A DNA stretch of 64,000 nt from Candidatus Acidiferrales bacterium (GCA_049281095.1 JBAPRL010000082.1:1298-65297); one strand, 5' to 3'. Shown: positions 26,700 through 36,392, numbered from the stretch's first letter. Notes: generated by a model from the letters alone, not told the origin. Program-made: numbers and translations.

Positions 26700-27110
26700 C
26701 TACTTGCTCTGGGACTTGATAAGCATCTCGTGTACAGCGGCCTTCCATTCAGAGCACTTCTTGCCCGCATCTCCGTATTGGGAAACTGCGGTAACAACGT
26801 CGCTGCCATTCGAAGCATCTCCGCTCGGTATCGATGCAGCGCCGTCGCTTGTAATGGCTGTGTTGCCGCGGAATGTTCCGAGTGATTTTGACCAGTACCG
26901 CTTGTGGTCGTTGCCGTATTCGGCAAACGCTACAACGTTCCAATAATCAATCGACGATACCTGTGACGTCGAAACGAAAGTACAGGCATAGTTGGCCATC
27001 GATTGTCCGTGGGACGCTAGCGGAGGCATGGGCAAAGGTTTCGGTTCTTTCCCTACTGCTGCGGCGCAAGGAAATACCAGCAGCAAAGCCAACATCCAAC
27101 GTCTCGCCAT
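26700..27110 (-). CDS. hypothetical secreted protein
   Basis: ATG 27110 is preceded by GGAGAGGAG. The signal peptide is MARRWMLALLLVFPCAAAVG. GC content is visibly lower than in the flanking DNA. Confidence 0.55.
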   Translation of the reverse strand: MARRWMLALLLVFPCAAAVGKEPKPLPMPPLASHGQSMANYACTFVSTSQVSSIDYWNVVAFAEYGNDHKRYWSKSLGTFRGNTAITSDGAASIPSGDASNGSDVVTAVSQYGDAGKKCSEWKAAVHEMLIKSQSK

Positions 27111-27342
27111 CGCCGTCTCCTCTCCCAGAATCGCAGGCGGATTGCACATCTGCCGTTCCGCGTGGCGAATTTACGAAAGCACTGATAAGCATCAGGTTAT
27201 ATTCCAATTGTCTCGATATATACAACTACGATTATTGAGTAGGTGTGGCTGCTCACTGTTGCGGGTGTGTATCTCTTACCCGCCCTTGCATTGACCAACC
27301 ACCGCAGCACGACTATATTGGCTCTCACACGTCTAAGCGACC

Positions 27343-28797
27343 ATGAACCAGCACCTCATCGCCGATCTCGAACATCTTCTCACCCACGAGCACGTCTTGA
27401 GCCGCCCCGAAGATCTGCTTCTTTACGAATACGACGGCTCTGTAGAAGTCGCTCGCCCGAACTGCATCGTTTTCCCGCGCGACGCCTCGGACGTAGTTCG
27501 TATCGTTGAAATCGCCAATCGCCATGACGTTCCGCTTGTCGGACGCGGCGCTGGCACCGGCCTTTCTGGCGGCGCGCTCGCGCGCAACGGCGGCATCATC
27601 GTTTCTTTCGCACGCATGAATCGCATCCTCGAAATCGACCTCGAAAATCAACGTGCCGTTGTCCAGCCCGGCGTCGTCAATTCCGATTTATCCGCCGCTG
27701 TCGCCCACGCCGGTCTGCATTTCGCGCCCGACCCTTCCAGTCAGAAAGCCTGCACCATCGGCGGAAATGTCTCCGAAAACGCCGGCGGCCCGCACACTCT
27801 CGCCTACGGCGTTACCACGAATCACGTCCTCGGCATGCAGCTTGTTCTGCCCGATGGCCAACTCGTTCGCATCGGCGGAAAATCGCTCGACGCGCCCGGC
27901 TATGATCTCTGCGGCCTCTTTGTCGGCTCCGAAGGCACGCTCGCCCTCGTCACCGAAATCACCGTACGCCTCACGCGTTTGCCCGAAGCGATCAAGACTC
28001 TGCTCGCCATTTATGATCGCATCGACGGCGCCACGGAGACCGTCGTCGAAATCACCGCGCGCGGCATCACGCCTGCGGCCTGCGAAATGCTCGATGGCTG
28101 GACGCTTCGCGCCGTGGAAGCCTGGGTCCACGCCGGATTTCCTCTCGATAGCGCCGCTGTGCTTCTCATCGAAGTCGACGGCATGCGCGAAGCAGCCGAA
28201 GAGCACGGCACGCAAATCACCGAAGTCTGCAAACTTCACGGCGCGCGCGAAGTTCGCGTGGCCCGAAACGCCAAGGAGCGTGATCTTCTCTGGAAAGGCC
28301 GCAAGAACGCCTTCGGGGCGGTCGGCCGCTTGTCACCGACCTACTACGTGCAAGACGGCGTCATCCCGCGCACCAAGTTGCCGCAAACCCTTCGCGAAAT
28401 CGATCGCATCGGCAAGGAAAATGGCTTCGAGATCGGCAACATTTTCCACGCCGGCGACGGCAACTTGCATCCCATCATTCTGTTCGACGCGCGCGACCCC
28501 AAGCAATTCCAGCGCGCCGTTTCCACCGCCGACGCCATCATTCGCTTCTGCATCGAAATGGGCGGCGCCATCACCGGCGAACACGGCGTGGGCATGGAAA
28601 AAGATCGCTTGATGCCGCTGCTTTTCACCGACGCCGATCTGGCGCTCATGCGCGGCGTTCGCGACGCCTTCAATCCCGTGGGCCGCCTGAATCCCGGGAA
28701 AATCTTCCCCACCGGCAAGGGTTGCGGCGAAGTCCGTATTCGCCCCATGCCGCTCTCCGGTAACCCCACAAGTTCGCCGGAGCCGAGCCCTTCGTGA
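27343..28797 (+). CDS. glcD: glycolate oxidase subunit GlcD (FAD-linked oxidase)
   Basis: FAD-binding PCMH domain (VGRGAGTGLSGGA) plus the C-terminal FAD-oxidase domain (GEHGVGMEK). It is followed by glcE- and glcF-like genes. Confidence 0.9.
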   Translation: MNQHLIADLEHLLTHEHVLSRPEDLLLYEYDGSVEVARPNCIVFPRDASDVVRIVEIANRHDVPLVGRGAGTGLSGGALARNGGIIVSFARMNRILEIDLENQRAVVQPGVVNSDLSAAVAHAGLHFAPDPSSQKACTIGGNVSENAGGPHTLAYGVTTNHVLGMQLVLPDGQLVRIGGKSLDAPGYDLCGLFVGSEGTLALVTEITVRLTRLPEAIKTLLAIYDRIDGATETVVEITARGITPAACEMLDGWTLRAVEAWVHAGFPLDSAAVLLIEVDGMREAAEEHGTQITEVCKLHGAREVRVARNAKERDLLWKGRKNAFGAVGRLSPTYYVQDGVIPRTKLPQTLREIDRIGKENGFEIGNIFHAGDGNLHPIILFDARDPKQFQRAVSTADAIIRFCIEMGGAITGEHGVGMEKDRLMPLLFTDADLALMRGVRDAFNPVGRLNPGKIFPTGKGCGEVRIRPMPLSGNPTSSPEPSPS

Positions 28798-30176
28798 ACT
28801 CGCCCGCGACAGTTCAGCATTCCCGCATCGCCGACATTGTCGGCGCGCGGAACATTATCACCGAGCCGCAGGAAATCTCCGCCTACGCCGTCGATGGCGT
28901 CGAGCCGCAAATCGCCGCCCGCCCCGCAACCGCGCAAGAAGTCGCCGAACTTGTAGAGTTCGCCGCGTCGGAAAATCTCGCCATCATTCCTGTCGGCGCG
29001 CGCACCAAACTGGGCTTCGGCATGCCTCCCTCTCGCTACGATCTCGCTATCGACACGACTCGTCTCGACCGCGTCATTTCCTACGATCCCGGCGACTTGA
29101 CTCTCAGCGTCGAGCCCGGCATTCGGCTCTCGCGTCTCGCCGAAACTCTCGCCGAGCACAATCAGTTTCTCCCGCTCGCGGTTCCGTTCTACGATCGCGC
29201 CACCGTCGGCGGCACGCTCTCGAGCGGCGTCGATTCGCCCTTGCGCCAAGCCTACGGCACCGCGCGCGATTTTGTCCTCGGTATGGAATTCGTCTCCGGT
29301 GAAGGCGCGCTCACCAAGAGCGGCGGCCGCGTCGTCAAAAACGTCAGCGGCTACGACTTGCACAAATTGTTCCTCGGCTCGATAGGCTCCCTCGGCGTCA
29401 TCACCCGCGTCAACTTCAAAACCTTTCCACTGCCGTCGTCAGAGCGCCTATTTGTCGCCTCGCTAGCATCATCCGACGAAGTCTTCTCGTTGCGCCAAAA
29501 AATAACCGCTTCGCCCATTTCACCCTCCACTCTGGAAATTCTGAGCCCCGAAATGACGGAACTGCTCTTTCCGGCCGGCGCCAAGTCCGCGGCGCTCAAA
29601 GCCGCAGCGCCTTCCGGCTCGGAATGGCTCTTGACCGCGGGAATCTCCGGATCGAGCAACGTTCTCGATCGCTGCTCCAATGACTTGCGCCAAATGGCCG
29701 ACCAATGCGCCGCCAAGAAATCCGCGCTCCTTTCCGGCCACGACCGCGAAACCGTCTCGTCGCGCCTTCGTGAAGCCATTCCGCTTACGCTCCACTCTTC
29801 GCCCGCTGCGATCGTGTTGAAAATCACCGCGCTTCCTTCTGACCTCCGTGGTGTTCTGTACTTCCTGGCGTCGGAATCGGAGCGTTATAACGTACGCGCC
29901 GCCGCTTTGATTCGTGGTGCTGGCGTGATCTACTGGGTGGTTCTTCCGGATTCCGCCGAAGCGCTAAAGGAAAAGGCGGCCGTGCGGCAAGAAGTGTTAC
30001 AGGAAGGCGACCGGCACGATTTTCGCGCTACCGTGGTCGCATGCCCGCCGGAATGGAAACGCGAACTCAACATCTGGGGCCCGCCGCGTGAGGATTTTCT
30101 GCTGATGCAGCGCGTCAAGCGCGCCTTCGACCCGCACAATATTTTCGCGCCGGGCCGTTTCGTCGGAGGCCTCTAG
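28794..30176 (+). CDS. glcE: glycolate oxidase FAD-binding subunit GlcE-like
   Basis: FAD-binding domain (IIPVGARTKLGFG, KNVSGYDLHKLFLGSIGSLGVIT). The GTG start overlaps the glcD stop (GTGA). Confidence 0.8.
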   Translation: MNSPATVQHSRIADIVGARNIITEPQEISAYAVDGVEPQIAARPATAQEVAELVEFAASENLAIIPVGARTKLGFGMPPSRYDLAIDTTRLDRVISYDPGDLTLSVEPGIRLSRLAETLAEHNQFLPLAVPFYDRATVGGTLSSGVDSPLRQAYGTARDFVLGMEFVSGEGALTKSGGRVVKNVSGYDLHKLFLGSIGSLGVITRVNFKTFPLPSSERLFVASLASSDEVFSLRQKITASPISPSTLEILSPEMTELLFPAGAKSAALKAAAPSGSEWLLTAGISGSSNVLDRCSNDLRQMADQCAAKKSALLSGHDRETVSSRLREAIPLTLHSSPAAIVLKITALPSDLRGVLYFLASESERYNVRAAALIRGAGVIYWVVLPDSAEALKEKAAVRQEVLQEGDRHDFRATVVACPPEWKRELNIWGPPREDFLLMQRVKRAFDPHNIFAPGRFVGGL

Positions 30177-30245
30177 TGACGTTCCAACTTTTCGGCCCAC
30201 AGGGCTCGAAGTTCCCCGATAATAAGTTGGAACGGTACTGAGTAA

Positions 30246-31616
30246 ATGTCCATCTCCTTGCCTCCGCAAACTCACGAAGAAGCTCAGCGCGAATTCGCCG
30301 AGACTCTCAGCGGCTTCACCGCCGGCGACAAGCCCGATTACGCCGACTATTCGCGCTGCATTCATTGCGGCCTCTGCCTCAACACCTGCCCCACCTATCG
30401 CCTCTGGCACAACGAAGCGGATTCCCCGCGTGGCCGCATTCGCCAAATGGCCCTGGTTGATCAAGGCCGCCTCGAGCTCGGCGAGAGTTTCGTCACCCAC
30501 ATCGACCGCTGCCTCGACTGCCGCGCCTGCGAGACCGCCTGTCCTTCCGGTGTCGAGTACGGCAAGCTTGTCGAACTCGCCCGCGCGCAAATCGCCAGCA
30601 ATTTCGAGCGTCCGCGCATTTCTCGCTGGACCCGCGATTTCGTCTATCGCCGCTTGCTCCCCGACCCGCGCCGCATTGCCCGGCTGGCTCGTCTCATTCG
30701 TCTCTACCAGCGCTCCGGCCTCGAAACGCTCGTCCGCACCGCCGGCATCTTGCGTCTTTTCGGCCTGCAACAGCGCGCCGCGCTGCTTCCGCGCATCGAT
30801 TCGGACTTTTTCTTTTCGCGTCTCGGCAAAACGTTCCCGGCGCGCGGCCAGCGCCGCGCCCGCGTCGCGTTTTTTGCGGGATGCGTCGCCCAGGTCACCT
30901 TCACCGAACTCAACGACGCCACCATTCGCGTCTTGCAAGCCAACGGCTGTGAAGTTGTCGTGCCCGCCGGACAGCTTTGCTGTGGCGCTCTCGCCGCCCA
31001 TGCGGGCGTCCGCGACGTCGCTCGCGACCTCGCGCGGAAAAACATGGAAGCATTTTTGGCTGAGCCTTTCGATGCCGTCGTCACCAACTCTGCTGGCTGC
31101 GGTTCAACCCTGAAGGAATACACCCATCTTTTCTCGGGAAGCGATCCCGCGCAAGAGGGTGCCTCCCGCAATGTCCTCGACGCCAAGAACGCCGTCGAAT
31201 TTTCGGCGAAGGTCCGCGACGTCACGGAATTTCTCGCCAGCCTCGGCCTGTCCGCGCCGCTTCGCAAAACTCGTATGCGCGTGACCTATCAGGATTCCTG
31301 CCATCTCCTTCACGGCCAAAACATCCGCGAGGCTCCGCGCACCTTGATTCGCGCCATTCCCGGCGTGGAGTTGGTGGAAATGCCCATGGCAGATCACTGC
31401 TGCGGTTCAGCGGGAGTTTACAACGTCACGGAAACAGACACGTCCATGCAGCTTCTGCGGGAAAAAATGCGTCACGCGCAATCCAGTCGCGCTTCCGCCA
31501 TTGTCACCGCTAACCCTGGATGCATCTTGCAATTGCGCGCCGGGGCAAAGCTTTACAACACGCGTCAGGAAGTTTTCCACGTCATCGAGCTTCTCGACCG
31601 CGCCATTTCGACCTGA
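30246..31616 (+). CDS. glcF: glycolate oxidase iron-sulfur subunit GlcF
   Basis: Two 4Fe-4S motifs (CIHCGLCLNTCP, CLDCRACETACP) and two CCG-type cysteine-rich domains (CCG..., DHCCGSAG). Confidence 0.85.
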   Translation: MSISLPPQTHEEAQREFAETLSGFTAGDKPDYADYSRCIHCGLCLNTCPTYRLWHNEADSPRGRIRQMALVDQGRLELGESFVTHIDRCLDCRACETACPSGVEYGKLVELARAQIASNFERPRISRWTRDFVYRRLLPDPRRIARLARLIRLYQRSGLETLVRTAGILRLFGLQQRAALLPRIDSDFFFSRLGKTFPARGQRRARVAFFAGCVAQVTFTELNDATIRVLQANGCEVVVPAGQLCCGALAAHAGVRDVARDLARKNMEAFLAEPFDAVVTNSAGCGSTLKEYTHLFSGSDPAQEGASRNVLDAKNAVEFSAKVRDVTEFLASLGLSAPLRKTRMRVTYQDSCHLLHGQNIREAPRTLIRAIPGVELVEMPMADHCCGSAGVYNVTETDTSMQLLREKMRHAQSSRASAIVTANPGCILQLRAGAKLYNTRQEVFHVIELLDRAIST

Positions 31617-31631
31617 CCGTTCTCCGCAAAT

Positions 31632-31910
31632 TCACCGCTCGCCGATCAGATACCGGCAGCCGCGCTCGCCCATTTCCGCCGAATGAACTGCGCCTGCCGG
31701 CACGTCGCAACGCTCCCCGGCCCGGTAAGTCTGCGATTTTCCGCTCATCGTGAGCGTCATTTCGCCCGCCAGAATGATGTGCGCCGTCTCCGCATCGTGC
31801 ACGTGGTCCGGATACTGCGCGCCCGGCTCATCCTGCCACACATACGTTCGCGAAAATCCTTCTTTAGCCAGCTTGTTCGCGAGCGCTTTCTCGTCCATAG
31901 GCTCCGTCAC
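31632..31910 (-). CDS. cupin domain protein (92 aa)
   Basis: Cupin motifs YPDHVHDAETAHIILAG and DVPAGAVHSAE. Confidence 0.7.
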   Translation of the reverse strand: MTEPMDEKALANKLAKEGFSRTYVWQDEPGAQYPDHVHDAETAHIILAGEMTLTMSGKSQTYRAGERCDVPAGAVHSAEMGERGCRYLIGER

Positions 31911-32002
31911 GATTTTGCTTTCATTCGTCGTCCGATGTTTCGCAGTGACTTCTGGCCCAGCTCATGCCGTTTTACATGTAATATCTCTTCTTGCGCACAC
32001 AC

Positions 32003-33214
32003 ATGAAGAATCATAAGCCAAAAGCCCTGCTTCTCGAAAACGTCCATCCCGATGCCGCCGCCCGTTTCCGCGCTGCCGGCTACGACGTGGAATCCTTGCC
32101 GCGGAGCCTTGACGAAGACGCTCTCTGTCAAAAGCTCCCGCGCGTTTCTATCCTGGGCATTCGCTCGAAAACCCACGTGACGCCGCGTGTCTTGGCCCGC
32201 GCCGCCGGCTTAATCGCCGTTGGCGCCTTCTGCATCGGCACCGATCAAATCGACCTGCAAGCCTGCGCCCGCAAGGGCGTCGCCGCTTTCAATGCCCCGT
32301 ATAGCAGCACGCGCAGCGTTGTTGAAATCATCCTGGGCGAAATCCTCCTGCTGGCGCGCGGCGTCTTCGCGAAAAGCCAGAAACTCCATCGCGGCGTGTG
32401 GGACAAGTCCGCAACCGGCAGCAACGAAATCCGCGGCAAAAAGCTCGGCATCATCGGCTACGGAAAAATCGGCTCGCAGCTTTCCGTTCTCGCCGAATCG
32501 CTCGGCATGGACGTGTACTTCTACGACCTCGAGGTCAAGCTCGTTCTCGGAAACGCCAAGAAGTGCCGCTCGCTCTCGCAGCTTCTATCCCTCGCCGACA
32601 TTGTTACCCTGCACGTCGACGGCCGCTCGGAGAATCACGGCCTGATCGGGGAAAGGGAATTCCGCCGAATGAAGCCGGGGGTTATTTTTTTGAATGCCAG
32701 TCGCGGCTTCGTCGTGGACGACGAAGCACTCGCCTCGAGCCTCAACTCCGGCAAAGTCCGCGCCGCTGCCATCGACGTTTTTCCTCGCGAACCCAAGGGC
32801 AATCACGAAAAGTTCGCATCTCCTCTCCAGGGCATCGAACAAGCAATCTTGACGCCGCACGTTGCCGGCAGCACCGAAGAGGCGCAGCAGGATATCGGCT
32901 CGTTCGTTTCAGAGAGAATTGTCGACTACGCGCGCGACGGCAGCACTCTTTACAGCGTGAATTTCCCCAACGTCCAATTGCCGAAAATCAAGAACGCCCA
33001 TCGCCTCATTCACATCCACGAAAACATTCCCGGAATGCTGGCGCAAATCAACCATGTTTTCGCGGCGCACCAGGCCAACATCCTCGGGCAATATTTGAAG
33101 ACCACCGAAACGATCGGTTACGCTATCACCGATATTGGCACCGCGTATCGAGAAAAAATCCTCGGCGATTTGCGGGAAATTCCCCACACCATCAAATTCC
33201 GCGTTTTGTACTGA
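32003..33214 (+). CDS. serA: D-3-phosphoglycerate dehydrogenase (long form with C-terminal ACT domain)
   Basis: The protein is collinear with E. coli-type SerA along its full length (FNAPYSSTRSVVE, GKKLGIIGYGKIGSQL, LNASRG, TPHVAGST, RLIHIHENIPGML). ATG 32003 or 31991 are both possible starts. Confidence 0.9.
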   Translation: MKNHKPKALLLENVHPDAAARFRAAGYDVESLPRSLDEDALCQKLPRVSILGIRSKTHVTPRVLARAAGLIAVGAFCIGTDQIDLQACARKGVAAFNAPYSSTRSVVEIILGEILLLARGVFAKSQKLHRGVWDKSATGSNEIRGKKLGIIGYGKIGSQLSVLAESLGMDVYFYDLEVKLVLGNAKKCRSLSQLLSLADIVTLHVDGRSENHGLIGEREFRRMKPGVIFLNASRGFVVDDEALASSLNSGKVRAAAIDVFPREPKGNHEKFASPLQGIEQAILTPHVAGSTEEAQQDIGSFVSERIVDYARDGSTLYSVNFPNVQLPKIKNAHRLIHIHENIPGMLAQINHVFAAHQANILGQYLKTTETIGYAITDIGTAYREKILGDLREIPHTIKFRVLY

Positions 33215-33246
33215 CGCGCGCAGAAACGCAGCGCCTAAAAACAAGA

Positions 33247-33272
33247 AAGGGGCACGCGGGAGCGTGCCCCTT
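33247..33272. terminator. hairpin between convergent genes, likely a bidirectional terminator
   Basis: Stem aaggggcacgc / gcgtgcccctt with loop ggga. It is T-rich on the minus-strand side (ttcttgttttt) and weakly T-rich on the plus side. Confidence 0.5.
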
Positions 33273-33368
33273 CTTCCCCGTTGCACCGAGTAGGAGTCGC
33301 CGGGGCTTGCGTCGCTGGCCGGATGCGCAGCCGCGTTGCAAGTTCGTGTACGTCAAGAATCTGATTCT

Positions 33369-34190
33369 TTAGTTGTTGTCGTCGGGCGGTCTCGTCACTT
33401 GCCCGCCATGAAACGTCCGCGGCGCAGCCGTATAGTCCGACGGCACCATGAACAGCGATTGCGCCGGCTCGCCGCGATTGATGTTCGTCAATTCATACGT
33501 GGTCGTTCCGAAACGCGGATCCGTGCGCGTGCTCGAAACCACCATTTGCAAGTCTTGCGAATACCACTCTTCGCGCGTAATCACGATGGGCGCGTTATTG
33601 CCAATCTGGCCCGCCGGGATCGTTCGTGTGTAGCGCGTGCCCTCAACCGTCAGCCCATCCATCGTTTTCGTGCCCAGCGATTCGGTCTGCACGTTGGCGT
33701 TCTGGTTCGAGCCCATCTTCCCCCTCATGGCCTCTCGCCCTTGCTCATTTCCCCCTGCGGAATGGTTCATCGTCAGCGCCGTCTTTTTGTCTTCATTCAA
33801 AATATAATTCTTGCCAGCCACAGGGTCTCGAATAAACGCGAGATGCGGCACTTGTCCCGACGCCGCCAGCGGCCCGATGGCCGGCAGGGTCATTTCTTGC
33901 CTCGTTCTGCCCACGCTGTCGCGCGCCACATTGCCGCTCTCTTTCTGGTCCACCTTCGTCCCGTTGGACAGCACTTGAATCGTCTCGCGGGTCACTTGTG
34001 CGGAGAACGGCGCGCCCGTTACCACCTTCCCGCCAAATCCGCCGACGAGCCGCTCGAACGCAAAGTTCCCGGGCCCCATGCCTCCTCCGCCGTGACGTCC
34101 CGGCATTCCTGGACCCTGCGCCTGTACCGTCAGGCCCATACCGACCGCAACAAACGTCACCACGGCGTACTTGGCGATTCTGCCCATCAT
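33369..34190 (-). CDS. hypothetical secreted protein (Gly-rich N-terminal region)
   Basis: Signal peptide MMGRIAKYAVVTFVAVGMGLTVQAQG, followed by GPGMPGRHGGGGMGPG. It lies directly downstream of the sigma/anti-sigma pair on the same strand. Confidence 0.65.
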   Translation of the reverse strand: MMGRIAKYAVVTFVAVGMGLTVQAQGPGMPGRHGGGGMGPGNFAFERLVGGFGGKVVTGAPFSAQVTRETIQVLSNGTKVDQKESGNVARDSVGRTRQEMTLPAIGPLAASGQVPHLAFIRDPVAGKNYILNEDKKTALTMNHSAGGNEQGREAMRGKMGSNQNANVQTESLGTKTMDGLTVEGTRYTRTIPAGQIGNNAPIVITREEWYSQDLQMVVSSTRTDPRFGTTTYELTNINRGEPAQSLFMVPSDYTAAPRTFHGGQVTRPPDDNN

Positions 34191-34248
34191 TGTCGAGCTC
34201 CTCTCTGCTCTTCTTTGCGGCGCTTAAGCCGCTAAAATAAAAATCCTT

Positions 34249-34950
34249 CTACTGCACCAGGCGCACCGCGCGCGGCCAGCCATCTTCGCCGACCAGCAGA
34301 TCCGCCTGAATCATATCCCCGCCGTTCATTTCGTCCACCGGATAGCCCAGGCTGCCCAACGCGCTACGCGTCATCGACACGCGAACCACTAGCCCCGAGT
34401 CATCCGCCGAAAGCCCTTCACCATAGGGCACCGGAACAAAATCCGAAGTCGAATCCTCGGCCGTCGCTGTTTCAACAGCCGCTGCTTGTTCCGTAGCGCC
34501 GCTTCCATGAGAAGCCGCGGAACCGGTCATCACCGAACTTGGATTCGTCTTCGCTCCGTTCCTGCCGTCCACGCGCCCTCGCGAAAAATTCCACGCACCG
34601 ATGGTCACAAGAACCGCGGCCGCTGCGGCCAGACCCGTCCATTCCGCCCAGCGCAAGCGCGACCGCCGCGCCCGATACCGCGACCGTTCCAGGCCCCGGT
34701 GATACTCTCGAAACGCCGCCGCCAGCGACTCTTCCAATTGCGCCGGCGCTTCCAATTGTGTTGCATCGTCCGCGGCCTCTCGAAGCGCCTGCGCCAGCAA
34801 TCGCGCCTCCGCCAACCGCGCCGCGCACGCTTCGCACGTTTCCCCATGGAAACGGGCCATCACCGTCGCCGCGTCGCCCAGGACGTCGCGGGCGTCGTCG
34901 CGCGCTAGCTCATGAACGATGTTTTCGAAATCCCTACAATTCATCTTCAT
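34249..34950 (-). CDS. anti-sigma factor (zf-HC2 type) with one TM helix
   Basis: N-terminal MKMNCRDFENIVHE...HGETCEACAARL (H-x3-C-x2-C) and a central TM helix (WTGLAAAAAVLVTIGAW). Its start lies 4 nt after the sigma factor stop. The ORF-track N-terminal extension is rejected. Confidence 0.75.
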   Translation of the reverse strand: MKMNCRDFENIVHELARDDARDVLGDAATVMARFHGETCEACAARLAEARLLAQALREAADDATQLEAPAQLEESLAAAFREYHRGLERSRYRARRSRLRWAEWTGLAAAAAVLVTIGAWNFSRGRVDGRNGAKTNPSSVMTGSAASHGSGATEQAAAVETATAEDSTSDFVPVPYGEGLSADDSGLVVRVSMTRSALGSLGYPVDEMNGGDMIQADLLVGEDGWPRAVRLVQ

Positions 34951-34954
34951 TTCC

Positions 34955-35665
34955 TCATTTACGGCTGGCTCCAATAGTTCCCCCTGCCGACTTTCCTGCT
35001 CCGGCAGGGGCAGCCCGCAGCCGCGCCGCCAACATCTCACGACCGCGTGCCAATCGTGACCGCACCGTACCGATCGGGCAATCCAAAACCTTCGCGGCGC
35101 TTGCGTAGTCGCGCCCCTGCAGGTCGCACAGCGTCACCACCTCGCGATAATGCGCCGGCAACATGGTCACCGCGTGCCGCACCTGTTCCACCGTCTCTCC
35201 GCGAGTCAACTCGCCCAGCACCGCCTCCCGCTGCGCATGGTGAGCCGAGTGCCCATTCCGCCCGCCAATCGCCTGGCCTTCCAGATTGGCTTCCTCCGTC
35301 AGCGGCTCGTAGCGTCGCTCGCGCTCCAGCAGCCGCCGCACATGAATTCGCGCGATCCCGTACAGGAACGCTTGCGGCTCGCCTCGCGCCGCCTCGAATT
35401 TCCCGGCTTTTTGAATCAACGTCATGAACGCTTCCTGCATCACCTCTTCAGCCGCTTCGCGCCGGCCGGTCATGTGCAGCGCAAACCGGTAGATTGCCCC
35501 TTGATGGCGCGCATAGAACAGGCGAAACGCCTCCTCATCGCCTATGGCCATCCGCCGCAGCAGATGGTCGTCTCGGGGTTCGTCCCTCTCCGGCATCACT
35601 TTCCATTGGACGTATCTGCCGCGTTTCTCGATATCCATTCCTCCGCCGGGGTCAAAAAGTTCCAA
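34955..35665 (-). CDS. ECF-type RNA polymerase sigma-70 family factor
   Basis: Region 2 (FRLFYARHQGAIYRFALHMTGRREAAEEVMQEAF) and region 4 (YREVVTLCDLQGRDYASAAKVLDCPIGTVRSRLARGR). The start codon is uncertain; 35665, 35638 or 35596 are possible. Confidence 0.85.
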   Translation of the reverse strand: MELFDPGGGMDIEKRGRYVQWKVMPERDEPRDDHLLRRMAIGDEEAFRLFYARHQGAIYRFALHMTGRREAAEEVMQEAFMTLIQKAGKFEAARGEPQAFLYGIARIHVRRLLERERRYEPLTEEANLEGQAIGGRNGHSAHHAQREAVLGELTRGETVEQVRHAVTMLPAHYREVVTLCDLQGRDYASAAKVLDCPIGTVRSRLARGREMLAARLRAAPAGAGKSAGGTIGASRK

Positions 35666-35789
35666 ATTATTACGCCTTTGACCCTTCCAGCACCCCTAAC
35701 GCGCAGGCAGACCGTCCCCCTTTACCTTAACCCGCCCCAATCGCTCCAGTTGCGCTTACCCCGCTTGTGCTACCCTATCGTTCTCGCCA

Positions 35790-36377
35790 ATGCCCGTCAC
35801 CCGCCGAAGCCTTCTTGCCACCCTCACTAAGACTTGGTGGTTGACCTTATACGGCCTATGGGGCTTTCTCGGTGCCGTCGACCTTGGAGTCACTCATTAC
35901 GGCTCTCCCGCTGCTAAAGAAAAGTGGGACAGCTACTGGGTCATCTCCCGCCCCTCGCACCTCATCATCACCCTTCTCGTTTTCACCATCGTCTTTCTAT
36001 TCGAGCGCGCCTACCAGGAGATCAAAAAAGCCACCAAGGACGAGAAAGCCGAATTCAGAGCGAAATTGCATGTCGTCGCCGGATGTTCAGCAGCCGCGGA
36101 CGAAATCTTGACTCGTGCGCCACACGAAGGCGCCTCCGACGACGCCTGCTCCAAATGGAACGCCGAAGTTGATAGCTGGGTACAGAAGACGTATGAAAAG
36201 CTCAACACTTTAGTAGGCATGACCGCCGCAACCCAATTCAACACCAATTACTCCGTTAAGAAAGAGTCCTATCCCGGCTACGCCCCGTCCTGCGCCTTCG
36301 CCATGCAAATCCTGAACTTCCGCAAGCGCCAGCTCGAAGAAATCACCAAACAATCCAGCGTCTTCATCCCCTCCTAG
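35790..36377 (+). CDS. hypothetical membrane protein
   Basis: Two N-terminal TM helices followed by a charged helical C-terminal half. It is divergent from the ECF sigma gene. No family was recognised. Confidence 0.55.
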   Translation: MPVTRRSLLATLTKTWWLTLYGLWGFLGAVDLGVTHYGSPAAKEKWDSYWVISRPSHLIITLLVFTIVFLFERAYQEIKKATKDEKAEFRAKLHVVAGCSAAADEILTRAPHEGASDDACSKWNAEVDSWVQKTYEKLNTLVGMTAATQFNTNYSVKKESYPGYAPSCAFAMQILNFRKRQLEEITKQSSVFIPS

Positions 36378-36392
36378 CCCGCCGCCTGACCT

